DNA from: a virus
Taxonomy: Duplodnaviria; Caudoviricetes
Direction: 5' to 3' (one strand)
DNA: 56,491 bases
IMG/VR virus record: IMGVR_UViG_3300042564_002455
Location: 1 to 56,491 of that record
Shown here: positions 9,085 through 19,205 of the stretch, piece after piece
Layout of the letters: every line of letters starts with the position of its first letter
Numbering within the stretch: the first letter of the stretch is position 1
Translations under genes and position numbers: made by a program
The notes under the pieces: generated by a model
Told to the model about the DNA's origin: nothing
Databases searched by the model: none
The model's input: the letters and a program-made list of their open reading frames with translations, nothing else

Positions 9085-9491
9085 GTTATCTAATTTATAT
9101 AAATGGTTTAGGACCTAATTATAAAGGTGATAATATATACGAATTTATCTTTTCAGATACAATAACCGATATATGGGGAGAGGGATGGGAGTCAAAACCG
9201 TCTAACGGTAATCCATCCGCTCCCGATATAGAATTTATACAGAAAGTCGGAACTCTAAAAAGTGCGGATATTAAGTTATCCCTAATTCAGGATTCTGACT
9301 TTTTTTCTATGATAGATTCTATTGATGATGTAATTGCGTTAGGTTGGGAGTCGGAAGATTCTGATACTAATTTTGAAACTGAAAAAAGATTGGTTTTTAG
9401 ATTTGGTGAGGATGAAAAAACAATAAAAGAAAAACTATATGAAAGAGATATAGTTTTAGAATTTGAAAAAAAAGTAGTTTATGAAAACTGA
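9081..9491 (+). CDS. Hypothetical phage protein
   Basis: 136-aa ORF with ATGA overlap to the upstream gene. Confidence 0.8.
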   Translation: MSYLIYINGLGPNYKGDNIYEFIFSDTITDIWGEGWESKPSNGNPSAPDIEFIQKVGTLKSADIKLSLIQDSDFFSMIDSIDDVIALGWESEDSDTNFETEKRLVFRFGEDEKTIKEKLYERDIVLEFEKKVVYEN

Positions 9492-10272
9492 TAACGCAGC
9501 ATTTAAATTAATGGATATGGGATTTAAAGCCGAAACATTAGCAAGTTTAACTGAATCACAATTGGTTAAACTTTATAAGAAATTGAATGAGGGTAACGAA
9601 GAAACTAAGGAACAAGTTACACCCGTTACAAAAACATCCCTTAAAATAGGAACTAGCGGAGGTTCTCTACCACCAAACCCAAAAGGTTACAACGTAAGTA
9701 AAACCACAACAGGTGAAGTTATGGCAACTCCAAAGGAAAGTGAAATGAAAGAGGGTAAAAAGAAATCCAAAAAATATAATCCTTGGGCTATTTGTACTTC
9801 TACAGTTGGTAGAGAGGATAAGAAAAAATATGAAAGATGTGTTATGGATATTAAAAAATCTGTAAAAGAAGGAAGAGACCCATCTGAGTTGTTTTTAGAA
9901 AATAAAATCGTATCTTTACTGGAAAGAAATATCCAACCGAAAATTAGTAAAAAAGAATTCTTAGATATGATTAAAGAATCCGAAACTCAAACTCCAGTTA
10001 AACCAAAAGTACCTACGGTAAAACCGGGAGAAACTACCAAAAAACCATCAACACCATATAGTCCAAAACCGGGAGTTAAACCCGCACCTAAGGCTAAGGT
10101 GGAAACTAAAGAACAAAGTAGTCCAACCATCGCACCACCAAAAGAAAAGGAAAAAACAAAAACACCTTCAACACCATATAAACCTAAACCCGGAGTTAAA
10201 CCAGCACCTAAAGCGGGTAAAAAATCGGTACCATCTTGGTTAAGTTGGGGTAAATTAGGAATTAATATTTAA
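9481..10272 (+). CDS. Lys/Pro-rich putative head-internal protein
   Basis: NPWAICT...KYERCV motif, duplicated PSTPY.PKPGVKPAPKA, repeated (T/M/V/I)KE sites. Confidence 0.75.
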   Translation: MKTDNAAFKLMDMGFKAETLASLTESQLVKLYKKLNEGNEETKEQVTPVTKTSLKIGTSGGSLPPNPKGYNVSKTTTGEVMATPKESEMKEGKKKSKKYNPWAICTSTVGREDKKKYERCVMDIKKSVKEGRDPSELFLENKIVSLLERNIQPKISKKEFLDMIKESETQTPVKPKVPTVKPGETTKKPSTPYSPKPGVKPAPKAKVETKEQSSPTIAPPKEKEKTKTPSTPYKPKPGVKPAPKAGKKSVPSWLSWGKLGINI

Positions 10273-10289
10273 GTAAAATTATATTTCAA

Positions 10290-11510
10290 ATGGCAAAGAA
10301 TAGAAAAAATATCAGCGAAGCACCAATAGATTACGAAGGACCTGAAAGAATGGATCCAAGTATTGAGCGTAAAATTACATCTAAAACGACTCCTTACGCT
10401 GAACATCCTGGGTTACCTAAAATGGATAGAGATTTCGTTGAGGTTATTTCATCTGAAAGATTTAAAAATTCAGTTAATAACGTTAGAAGATATTTGGGAG
10501 ATACAACTAAGATACAAGGTGGTCCTCAACAAGTTATGATGTCACTTATGTCATCAGCAATGCAGTTGTTTGGTAAAATTGGCCAGATTGAAAGTCGTAA
10601 CAAAGAGTATCTTGAGAATTTAGCGGTTGAGTTGGTTAAAAAAGAAATGTCAATTCCCGAAGGGGCAATGCAGTTTGACGCAAAACTTATTCACGGTGGT
10701 ATGTCATCGGCTGAAGGTATGAGAGGTGAATCCGAAGAACCTACGGCAGAAGAAGTAAAAGACGCATTTGCATCGGCTGATGAACATCAGGATGAGTTAG
10801 AGGCTTTTATGGATTCTTTTGAGAAGTTTAATCAAGAAAAAGCCAAGCGTAGATTTATTAACGCTTTAATCGGTGGGGCGGCTAAAAAAGGACATTATAT
10901 GTTTGAATTGGTTGCCGATGAACTTGAGAATATTAATCCTGAACTTGTTAGGATTTATGGTATGTCACAAGCGTTGTTAGACCATTTATATTGGATTTAT
11001 CCTGAGCAAATGGTGTCAAGTATGGCAGCATCGGGTGAAGGTCAAGTAGGTCAATCAGAAGTTGATACAGAAACAGACCCACCAACAGTAATCGCAAGAG
11101 GGGCTTCTTTCCCCGTGTTAATTCACGAATTGGTTAAAGGTGTATATGAGATTTTCGGAACTCACGGATTACCTGATGACCCTCGTCAAGCCGAAATGGT
11201 AATTGCGAGTGAAGATACATTACCCGCAGAGATATGGGATTTAAGATTAGGACCTATTTTTTGGGAGAAATTCTTGGCGGCATATCCTGATGAAATTTTT
11301 GAGGAGGACAAACGTCATATTCAACATTATCTGTTTATGAGATTTTCATCTTTATCACCGGAACAATTCTTTAAATTATCTAAATTTATTTTATCTGGTA
11401 ATCCTAAAGGAAAACAGGTATTACAAAGAATGGTTGATGAAATAGTTGAGGAATTAAAGAAACAAGATTTTGATTCTCAATTCGGAGATAGTGATGATGA
11501 TGAATATTAA
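10290..11510 (+). CDS. Hypothetical protein upstream of terminase (may extend to 11549)
   Basis: 406-aa ORF containing a LIHELVKG HE motif. The frame stays open 12 codons past the TAA at 11508. Confidence 0.8.
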   Translation: MAKNRKNISEAPIDYEGPERMDPSIERKITSKTTPYAEHPGLPKMDRDFVEVISSERFKNSVNNVRRYLGDTTKIQGGPQQVMMSLMSSAMQLFGKIGQIESRNKEYLENLAVELVKKEMSIPEGAMQFDAKLIHGGMSSAEGMRGESEEPTAEEVKDAFASADEHQDELEAFMDSFEKFNQEKAKRRFINALIGGAAKKGHYMFELVADELENINPELVRIYGMSQALLDHLYWIYPEQMVSSMAASGEGQVGQSEVDTETDPPTVIARGASFPVLIHELVKGVYEIFGTHGLPDDPRQAEMVIASEDTLPAEIWDLRLGPIFWEKFLAAYPDEIFEEDKRHIQHYLFMRFSSLSPEQFFKLSKFILSGNPKGKQVLQRMVDEIVEELKKQDFDSQFGDSDDDEY

Positions 11511-11552
11511 TATTACGAAGGTCCTTCTTTGAGTGATATTGGAATCTAATTT

Positions 11553-13325
11553 ATGCAAAATATAACAAAGGAACAAGTTTTAATAGAATATGTTAAGTGT
11601 ATGAGGGACACCCCTTACGCACTTAAAACGTATTTACAGACGTATGATAATACGGTATCTAGATTTGTTCCTTTGGAGTTATTTCCCGACCAAATATCCC
11701 TACTTGACGATTACGAGAATAACAATGAGAATATTGCCTTAAAGTATAGACAGGCAGGTGTATCCACCGTAACTGCCGCTTGGGCATCTAAGAAAATAGC
11801 CTTCGCAAAAAAACAAACCCCTGAGAAGATTCTAATTATTGCCAATAAATTGGACACCGCCCAAGAGATGGCTAACAAAGTTAGAGGGTTTATTGAACAA
11901 TGGCCGTCTTGGGTTGATATTGGATTTGCGAAAGAAAAGAATTCACAAAGACATTATAAATTAACAAACGGTTGTGAGGTGAAAGCGGTAGCAACATCTA
12001 AGGATGCGTTACGTGGATATACCCCAACAATATTAATATTTGATGAGGCAGCTTACATTGAAGCGGATGCGGACTTTTGGTCAGCCTGTATGGCTTCACT
12101 ATCTACGGGTGGTAAAGTTATTGTAATCTCAACACCAAACGGTTATGACCCCATTTATTATGAAATCTATGATCAGGCTCTAAGAGCAATGAACGATTTC
12201 AAAATATCTGAAATGTTTTGGTATAGAGACCCAAGATATACTAAAGATATGTTCTTGGTTAAAACAGATGATATTATTCACTACCTGTTAAATAAAGAAC
12301 AATACCCATCCGATGCGGTGGTAAAGATAGAACATTACCAACCAAATAATGGTGACCACGAAAAACTAAAACCTTATTTTAAAGATGGATTTAAACCTTG
12401 TTCTTCTTGGTTTGAATCAATGGTTAAGAAGTTAAAATACGATAAGAGAAAAGTTTCTCAGGAATTGGAGTGTAACTTCCTCGGATCTGGTGATAATGTG
12501 TTTGATTCAAAGACACTTACCAAGATTCGTGAGAATACTATTTCTGAACCCACAAATAAGATGATGGCAAACTCCTTATGGATATGGAAAGAACCTGTAA
12601 TTGGTCACAAATACATTATGGGGATTGACGTATCGAGAGGGGATAGTGAGGATTACTCAACATTCCAAATTATAGATTTTGACGAGAGGGAACAAGTTGC
12701 CGAATATGTTGGTAAGATACCACCGGATATTATGGCAGATATTGCGTTTAAATGGGCTAATATGTATTCTTGTTTTGTTGTTATTGATATAACAGGGGGA
12801 ATGGGAGTATCCACCGCTAGGAAAATGCAGGAGTTGGGGTACAGAGATTTATATGTTGATGGTGTTGATTACCAAAACAAATGGAAGTACGACCCTAAAC
12901 AAAACGAAAAAATACCGGGGATTAATTTCAACAGTAAGAGAGTTCAAATAATTGCGGCTTTTGAGGAAGCGGTTAGACATAATTTTATTATTCATAGTAA
13001 TCGTCTATTAAACGAGATGAATACTTTTGTTTATATTAGTGGTAGACCTGACCATCAAAAGGGTCAACACGATGACTTACTTATGTCAATCGCGATGGCA
13101 ATTTATGTTGGTGAATCTTCATTTAGTCAATTAGGAAAGGTTACAGAACATACAAAAGCAATGTTGGAATCTTGGACAGTTAATGTCGATGAGGCTCCGG
13201 CTAAGTCAATCGCATTCAATCCAGGATCACCTAATATACAACAAAGATATCAAGACCAAAGACAACAAGGTCCGTCTAGACAGGATTATATTGATTACGG
13301 ATGGTTATTTGGTAATAGAAGGTGA
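11553..13325 (+). CDS. terL: Terminase large subunit (T4 gp17-like)
   Basis: LFPDQ adenine-binding motif, KYRQAGVST Walker A variant, LIFDEAA Walker B, ISTPNG, nuclease GIDVSRG...DYS and HDDLLMS. Confidence 0.95.
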   Translation: MQNITKEQVLIEYVKCMRDTPYALKTYLQTYDNTVSRFVPLELFPDQISLLDDYENNNENIALKYRQAGVSTVTAAWASKKIAFAKKQTPEKILIIANKLDTAQEMANKVRGFIEQWPSWVDIGFAKEKNSQRHYKLTNGCEVKAVATSKDALRGYTPTILIFDEAAYIEADADFWSACMASLSTGGKVIVISTPNGYDPIYYEIYDQALRAMNDFKISEMFWYRDPRYTKDMFLVKTDDIIHYLLNKEQYPSDAVVKIEHYQPNNGDHEKLKPYFKDGFKPCSSWFESMVKKLKYDKRKVSQELECNFLGSGDNVFDSKTLTKIRENTISEPTNKMMANSLWIWKEPVIGHKYIMGIDVSRGDSEDYSTFQIIDFDEREQVAEYVGKIPPDIMADIAFKWANMYSCFVVIDITGGMGVSTARKMQELGYRDLYVDGVDYQNKWKYDPKQNEKIPGINFNSKRVQIIAAFEEAVRHNFIIHSNRLLNEMNTFVYISGRPDHQKGQHDDLLMSIAMAIYVGESSFSQLGKVTEHTKAMLESWTVNVDEAPAKSIAFNPGSPNIQQRYQDQRQQGPSRQDYIDYGWLFGNRR

Positions 13326-13388
13326 TATTTATCAAAATATCCAAAATACTAGTGTTTAACTATTTATGGATGTAGTTAAATTTATTAT

Positions 13389-15236
13389 ATGGAAAATAAC
13401 AATAATCAAAATTTGACCGTTTGGCAAAGATTAACCCAAGCCTTCGGTCCTTACTCATTATTAGGTCAAGATTATCCGACCTACAAATACGATAAGACAG
13501 AATTACTAAAAACAAACAGTAAACAACAATACGAGAAGGAAAAACTCCAAGCTCAACAAACATTCTACTTATCCAATCAATGGACTAAGATTGAGAATAA
13601 TTTATATACCCAAGCAACTTATTACGAACCAACAAGATTAGCATCATTCTATGATTTTGAATCTATGGAGTATACCCCCGAAATATCCGCAGCGTTAGAT
13701 ATCTATGGTGAGGAATCTACCACGGTTGACCAAAATGGTAATATGTTACAGATTTATTCTGAATCACAAAGAATAAAATCAATACTATCGGATTTGTTTA
13801 ATAACAATTTGGATATTAACACAAACTTACCAATGTGGACAAGAAATGCTTGTAAATATGGTGATAATTTTGTTTATCTAAAATTGGACACTGAAAGAGG
13901 TGTTGTTGGTTGTATGCAGTTACCGAACATTGAGATTGAAAGATTGGAGATGGGTATGGCGTCAAAAACTACCAATACCGAACAAGACCCAAGAAATACA
14001 GGATTGAGATTTAAATGGAAAGCCAAGGATATGGAATTCAATTCTTGGGAGATTGCTCACTTTAGATTATTGGGGGATGATAGAAAGTTACCTTACGGTA
14101 CGTCTATGTTGGAAAAGGCGAGAAGAATTTGGAAACAATTATTGTTATCTGAGGATGCGATGTTAATTTACAGAACATCAAGAGCACCTGAAAGAAGAAT
14201 GTTTAAGATATTCGTAGGTAATATGGACGATAAGGATGTGGAACCGTATGTTCAGCGTATGGCAAACAAGTTCAAGCGTTCTCAAGTTGTGGATAATAAC
14301 ACAGGTAATGTTGATATGAGATTTAACCAAATGGCGGTTGACCAAGATTACTTCATACCTGTTAGAGATGCCGCCGCCCCTGACCCAATTACAACACTAC
14401 CCGGAGCAACTAACTTATCGGAAATTGCCGATATTGAATATATCCAAAAGAAATTACTTACCGCATTGAGAGTTCCTAAAGCCTTTTTAGGTTTTGAGGA
14501 GGTTGTTGGTGACGGAAAGAATTTATCTTTACAGGATATTCGTTTTGCGAGAACTATTAATCGTATTCAAAAGAGTATGTTGGCTGAGATGAATAAAATC
14601 GCCATCATACATTTATTTCTTTTGGGTTTTGAAGATGAATTATCTAATTTTACATTATCATTAACTAATCCATCCACACAAGCCGATCTATTAAAGGTTG
14701 ATGTGTGGAAAGAAAAGATTCTATTATATAAAGATGCGGTTGCTGGTATTGAAGGTATTGCTCCTGTGTCACAATCTTGGGCTAAGAAACATATCTTAGG
14801 ATTCTCTGACGAAGAGATTAGATTGGATTTACAACAACAAAGAATTGAGAAAGCGGTTGCCGCTGAACTTACAAATACACCAACAATTATTGTTCACACG
14901 GGCATATTTGATAATATTGATAAATTATACGGACAACAAACAGGAACAACCGCAGCATCTGCTGCAGTTCCACCACCACCTCCTGGCGGAGATATGGGAG
15001 GAATGGAACCACCACCAATGGGTGGAGAGGAAGGTGGAGGTATCGCACCGCCACCTCCAGGACCAACTCCGGGTGGAGAAGCGGGGGTAACACCTGAATC
15101 TTCAAATAGGGATAATGTGAATATATTATTAGAAAATAGTAGTTTGGTGTCTGAAAGCGAATATATAAATTTATCCAGAGCTAAAAATTCTTTAGGTGAA
15201 ATGGAGGATGAATTGAACAGATTGTTAAAAGATTGA
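13389..15236 (+). CDS. Portal protein (T4 gp20-like) with Pro/Gly-rich C-terminal tail
   Basis: LSEDAMLIYRTSRAPERRMFKIFVGN, DYFIPVR, ITTLPG, DIEY..KKL..ALRVP. Confidence 0.93.
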   Translation: MENNNNQNLTVWQRLTQAFGPYSLLGQDYPTYKYDKTELLKTNSKQQYEKEKLQAQQTFYLSNQWTKIENNLYTQATYYEPTRLASFYDFESMEYTPEISAALDIYGEESTTVDQNGNMLQIYSESQRIKSILSDLFNNNLDINTNLPMWTRNACKYGDNFVYLKLDTERGVVGCMQLPNIEIERLEMGMASKTTNTEQDPRNTGLRFKWKAKDMEFNSWEIAHFRLLGDDRKLPYGTSMLEKARRIWKQLLLSEDAMLIYRTSRAPERRMFKIFVGNMDDKDVEPYVQRMANKFKRSQVVDNNTGNVDMRFNQMAVDQDYFIPVRDAAAPDPITTLPGATNLSEIADIEYIQKKLLTALRVPKAFLGFEEVVGDGKNLSLQDIRFARTINRIQKSMLAEMNKIAIIHLFLLGFEDELSNFTLSLTNPSTQADLLKVDVWKEKILLYKDAVAGIEGIAPVSQSWAKKHILGFSDEEIRLDLQQQRIEKAVAAELTNTPTIIVHTGIFDNIDKLYGQQTGTTAASAAVPPPPPGGDMGGMEPPPMGGEEGGGIAPPPPGPTPGGEAGVTPESSNRDNVNILLENSSLVSESEYINLSRAKNSLGEMEDELNRLLKD

Positions 15237-15261
15237 TATTTATATAAAAACATTTAAAGAG

Positions 15262-15990
15262 ATGGTAAAATTTGGTATACTAAAAACGAAAATTGAAGCT
15301 CTATTATTAGAGTCATATAGTAATAACACATTTAAGAATGAAATAAAAACATTCAATAAATTGGTTCTTGGTAATAAAAATATTTCTAAGTTATTTTATC
15401 TATATGATGAACTAAACTCTAATAAGGGTTTAAGTGAGAGTATTGCTAAAGAATTCGTATTTGAATCCATTACACTATACGAAAACTTGATTAATAAAGT
15501 CCAAAATAAGGACATTAAATTAATTATGGATTGGGTATCTAAAACAAAGGCAAGTAACCAATACGAACATATTGATAATTTATTGGGTAGATCAGATGAT
15601 GTTTTAAATTTAGAGAATAAAATTAAAAACAAAAAAATAATTGTAGAAAATTTACAAAAAGAACCTTATTGTGAAAATAATACAAATATTAATATACCAA
15701 TAAATTCAATGTTAAACATCGCAAATAAGTCATATTCAGAGTATATTAGTAACCTTACCGAATCGGAGCAAAAAGAGGTTATAGGTCTATTAAAAATGGA
15801 TGAATCAACATTAGAAAGGACATTTAACGAGTTGAGAGATGATGCTATTGTTAAACTAACATTATTAACGGTAAATGAGGGTGATGAGTCGGTTAGAAAT
15901 ACCATTAATGAAACAATAGATAATATTAAAATCAAAACTCCAGATAGGTTAGAATTAGTTAAATTGCGTTCATTAATTGATAAACTTTAA
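15262..15990 (+). CDS. Hypothetical late protein (head module)
   Basis: 242-aa helical ORF, TATTTAT at 15237, LLE and LTE sites. Confidence 0.75.
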   Translation: MVKFGILKTKIEALLLESYSNNTFKNEIKTFNKLVLGNKNISKLFYLYDELNSNKGLSESIAKEFVFESITLYENLINKVQNKDIKLIMDWVSKTKASNQYEHIDNLLGRSDDVLNLENKIKNKKIIVENLQKEPYCENNTNINIPINSMLNIANKSYSEYISNLTESEQKEVIGLLKMDESTLERTFNELRDDAIVKLTLLTVNEGDESVRNTINETIDNIKIKTPDRLELVKLRSLIDKL

Positions 15991-15994
15991 TTTT

Positions 15995-16023
15995 TTGACA
16001 AAATAATAATATTAACCTATAAT
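15995..16023 (+). promoter_or_regulatory. Consensus sigma70-type promoter
   Basis: TTGACA (15995-16000), 17-nt spacer, TATAAT (16018-16023). Confidence 0.75.
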
Positions 16024-16056
16024 TCCTAAAACAATAAACATATCAATTATGGAATT

Positions 16057-16509
16057 ATGAAGAAGGGTAAAACCTCAAAATTAGTCGGTTACAAATCATC
16101 AAAAATTAATTACGGGACAGTAGATTCAAAACATCTTAAATCACTTTACATTAATATACAATCTTGGGTTGAGCCGAACGACGATTACGAAAATTGGACA
16201 AGAATTGTCCTAAATATGTCAAGAGCCGTAAAACACGCAATCTACGAGACAATCAACAGGGAGATATTCGATGAGAATTTTATAGTTGATTTAGATTTAA
16301 GAACAAGTGGAATACAATACAAAAAAAGGTCTTTTATGAATTTAGAAATAAATTTATTCTTAATGAACGAAATTGATTTCAAATCACCCGAACTTAAAAA
16401 ATCCATTAAAGATATAGTTAACTCAATACACAATGATGTGTTCAAAGGTAATGAATATTTTAAATTTCACGTTAGTAAAAAAGACAAATCTGTATTAGTT
16501 GAGGCATAA
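16057..16509 (+). CDS. Hypothetical protein
   Basis: 150-aa ORF behind a consensus promoter. Confidence 0.8.
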   Translation: MKKGKTSKLVGYKSSKINYGTVDSKHLKSLYINIQSWVEPNDDYENWTRIVLNMSRAVKHAIYETINREIFDENFIVDLDLRTSGIQYKKRSFMNLEINLFLMNEIDFKSPELKKSIKDIVNSIHNDVFKGNEYFKFHVSKKDKSVLVEA

Positions 16510-16545
16510 ATATAAAGTTCGCGGTATTTATTGTTAAAATAACAT

Positions 16546-17277
16546 ATGAGCGAATATAGAATTTTAAAAGGTAACGAATCAGGTAAGAAAGGTATTCTTA
16601 TTGAGGATGACGCAGGATATGTATCACCAAGAGAGTTCGGCAACCAAGATATATTAAAAGAATCAAAAGGTTTTCTTGATCATAGTAAACCTTTTGAGTT
16701 CTACGCCGTACTACAAAAATACGACACACCAAACAGAAATGGTAGATCATACCCCGAAAAAATATTAAAAAGAGAAGCTGAGAATTATAAAAAATTAATT
16801 CAAAAAGGAACATCTTTATCAGAGTTAAATCACCCCGAATCTTCTTTAATAGATTTAGACAGAGTTTCCCACATTATTACTGAAGTATGGTGGGAGGGTA
16901 ATGTCTTAATGGGTAAATTAAAACTATTAACCACGCCAGGATTCCACGAAAGGGGTGTTTGTTCATCTAAGGGTGACTTAGCTGCAAATTACCTTAGACA
17001 AGGCGTTACATTAGGTATATCTTCAAGAGGAGTCGGTTCACTTAAAAAAGTTGGTGAACAAAATGAAGTTCAGGATGATTTTGAATTAATTTGTTTTGAC
17101 TTAGTATCATCACCATCAACACCGGGAGCATATCTATTCTCAAATCCTGACGATAGAATGAAGTATGATGAGAACTTAGAGGAAGAGAAAAAAATGTCAG
17201 TTGAAAGACAAGTTGGTGAAACAGGAAATAAGTCATTAGATTTAATGAGAAAATTGTCCGATTATTTGGGTGGATGA
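16546..17277 (+). CDS. Prohead core protease (T4 gp21-like)
   Basis: NRNGRSYP, ELNHP, VSHII, GISSRGVGSL, FDLVSSPSTPGAY. Confidence 0.93.
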   Translation: MSEYRILKGNESGKKGILIEDDAGYVSPREFGNQDILKESKGFLDHSKPFEFYAVLQKYDTPNRNGRSYPEKILKREAENYKKLIQKGTSLSELNHPESSLIDLDRVSHIITEVWWEGNVLMGKLKLLTTPGFHERGVCSSKGDLAANYLRQGVTLGISSRGVGSLKKVGEQNEVQDDFELICFDLVSSPSTPGAYLFSNPDDRMKYDENLEEEKKMSVERQVGETGNKSLDLMRKLSDYLGG

Positions 17278-17349
17278 TTGTTATTAATGTCGATAGAACT
17301 TGACAAATTATAATTTAATAACGACATTTATAAAAAAATAAAAATAATT

Positions 17350-17559
17350 ATGGACGAGAAATATTTTGTGGCTAAAATCACTTATGAAATGCCTGACGAA
17401 CAAACCGGTAAGGTTAAAAAAGTTAGAGAAGAAAAATTGATTAATGGGTATAACCCAACAGATGTTGAGGCTAAGGTAACTAAACGTTATGAAACATTCA
17501 CGTTTGATTGGCGAATCACCTCAATATCAGAAAGTAAAATTGATGAGGTTATTGATTAA
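17350..17559 (+). CDS. DUF4494-like small protein (family known from Bacteroidota)
   Basis: YF.AKITY...GKVKKVREE.L...TDVEAKV...I.SISESKI.EV. TTGACA at 17300 upstream. Confidence 0.65.
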   Translation: MDEKYFVAKITYEMPDEQTGKVKKVREEKLINGYNPTDVEAKVTKRYETFTFDWRITSISESKIDEVID

Positions 17560-17577
17560 TATTTAATGAACTATTTT

Positions 17578-17609
17578 AAAAAGGGGAACTAACGTTCCCC
17601 TTTTTTTTT
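17578..17609 (+). terminator. Intrinsic terminator
   Basis: AAAAAGGGGAAC-TAAC-GTTCCCCTTTTTTTTT. Confidence 0.9.
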
Positions 17610-17685
17610 GTTTTTTTTTACGATTTAACTATAATAAACGAATTTTTACTGAAATGGTAATATTTATATAGAAAAATTAGCACTA

Positions 17686-19185
17686 ATGGCAAAAGAAAAA
17701 TCTTTAGTTGAAGACGCTCTTCTACAAATGAGAAATTTGGAAGAGGCAGTTTCACAAAACGCAAAAGGAATACTTGCATCTACAATGAAGCAAGAAATCA
17801 AAGAATTAGTAAAAGAATCTATCGTATCTGAACAAGATGACGAGGAGATTGACACAGAAGTTGACATGGATATGGATTCTGATGAAGAAGAGATGGATAT
17901 GGATATGGATTCCGATGAGGATGAAATGGAAATGGACATTGACTCTGACGAGGATGAAATGGAAATGGATACTGATATGGATATGGATATGGGAGATGAC
18001 GAAGTTATCGATCTATCAGATGAAGACAGTATCTCAGATGAAGAACTATTAAAGGTTTTCATGGCGATGGGAGAAAAAGACGGTATTATCGTTAAAAAAG
18101 ACGATGACCAAATTCATCTAACAGACGAAAACAAAGATTCTGAATATCTAATCCAAATGGGTGAGTCCGAAGAAGAAGAGTATGAAATGTACGAATCTGA
18201 TGAGGAAGAAATGGAAGAATCTTACGAAGAAATGGATGAATCTGATGATGACGACATCGACAGTATTATATCAAAAGTTTTTGACGAAGGTGAAACAGTT
18301 GACGTGGACGATGAAGAAGTTGTCTATGAAATTGAAATGGATTCTGACGAAGAAGAAATGTCTGAACAAGAAGACGAAGAAAATATGTTTGGAGAAGAAG
18401 ACGAAGAAGAAATGTATGAACAAGAAGATGAGGAAATGCAAAACGAATCAATGAAACCAAAAATTGGTAAGGGCGCAAAAATCGGAAAACCTTCAAAATT
18501 CTCTTACAAAACTTCTAAAGGTGGATTCAAAGAAGATATGAAAACTGGTACTAAAGGTGTCGGAATGGGTAAAGTTAAAAGTACAATTTTTAACAAACCT
18601 GTGAAGAAAGAAACCAAAGAAGGTGCTATGATGGGTAAAGGGAAACCTTCATCTATGTTTGTTTCAGGTAAATCTAAAGAAGAAACCAAAGAAGCTTCAC
18701 GTACATTAGGTAACGGTTCAATGTTCAGAAAAGGCGGTCTACCAAAACCAAGAGCTCATTCCAAATCAAATATCAGTATTGAAGAACAAAGAAACATTAA
18801 TCAAGTACAAATTTTAAGAGAAAAGAACGAAGAATATCGTAAGGCTCTTAATGTGTTTAGAGATAAACTTAATGAAGTTGCTATTTTTAATTCAAATTTA
18901 GCGTACGCTACGAGATTGTTCACAGAACACTCAACTTCAAAACAAGAAAAAATAAACATCTTAAGAAGATTTGACGGTGTTGAAACTATAAAAGAATCTA
19001 AGAATTTGTATAAAACGATAAAAGAAGAACTTTCAACAAAAACTAAAGGGTCAATTACAGAATCAATTGAGACTAGAATCGAAAAAACACCTGCATCAGG
19101 CTCGGCTTCTACATTGATTGAATCAAAAACGTATGAAAATCCTCAGTTCTTGAGAATGAAAGATCTGATGAGTAAAATAAACTAA
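17686..19185 (+). CDS. Prohead core/scaffold protein (gp22-like position)
   Basis: Directly upstream of the capsid gene, very acidic D/E/M region, C-terminal coiled coil, many xxE sites. Confidence 0.8.
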   Translation: MAKEKSLVEDALLQMRNLEEAVSQNAKGILASTMKQEIKELVKESIVSEQDDEEIDTEVDMDMDSDEEEMDMDMDSDEDEMEMDIDSDEDEMEMDTDMDMDMGDDEVIDLSDEDSISDEELLKVFMAMGEKDGIIVKKDDDQIHLTDENKDSEYLIQMGESEEEEYEMYESDEEEMEESYEEMDESDDDDIDSIISKVFDEGETVDVDDEEVVYEIEMDSDEEEMSEQEDEENMFGEEDEEEMYEQEDEEMQNESMKPKIGKGAKIGKPSKFSYKTSKGGFKEDMKTGTKGVGMGKVKSTIFNKPVKKETKEGAMMGKGKPSSMFVSGKSKEETKEASRTLGNGSMFRKGGLPKPRAHSKSNISIEEQRNINQVQILREKNEEYRKALNVFRDKLNEVAIFNSNLAYATRLFTEHSTSKQEKINILRRFDGVETIKESKNLYKTIKEELSTKTKGSITESIETRIEKTPASGSASTLIESKTYENPQFLRMKDLMSKIN

Positions 19186-19205
19186 ACAATAAAAACTAAA
19201 ATATA

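Noticed and set aside
17664-18689. Overlapping alternative-frame and antisense ORFs in the scaffold gene (and similar ones in the portal tail and at 28664-30495)
   Set aside because: By-products of low-complexity or biased codon usage in a well-supported gene
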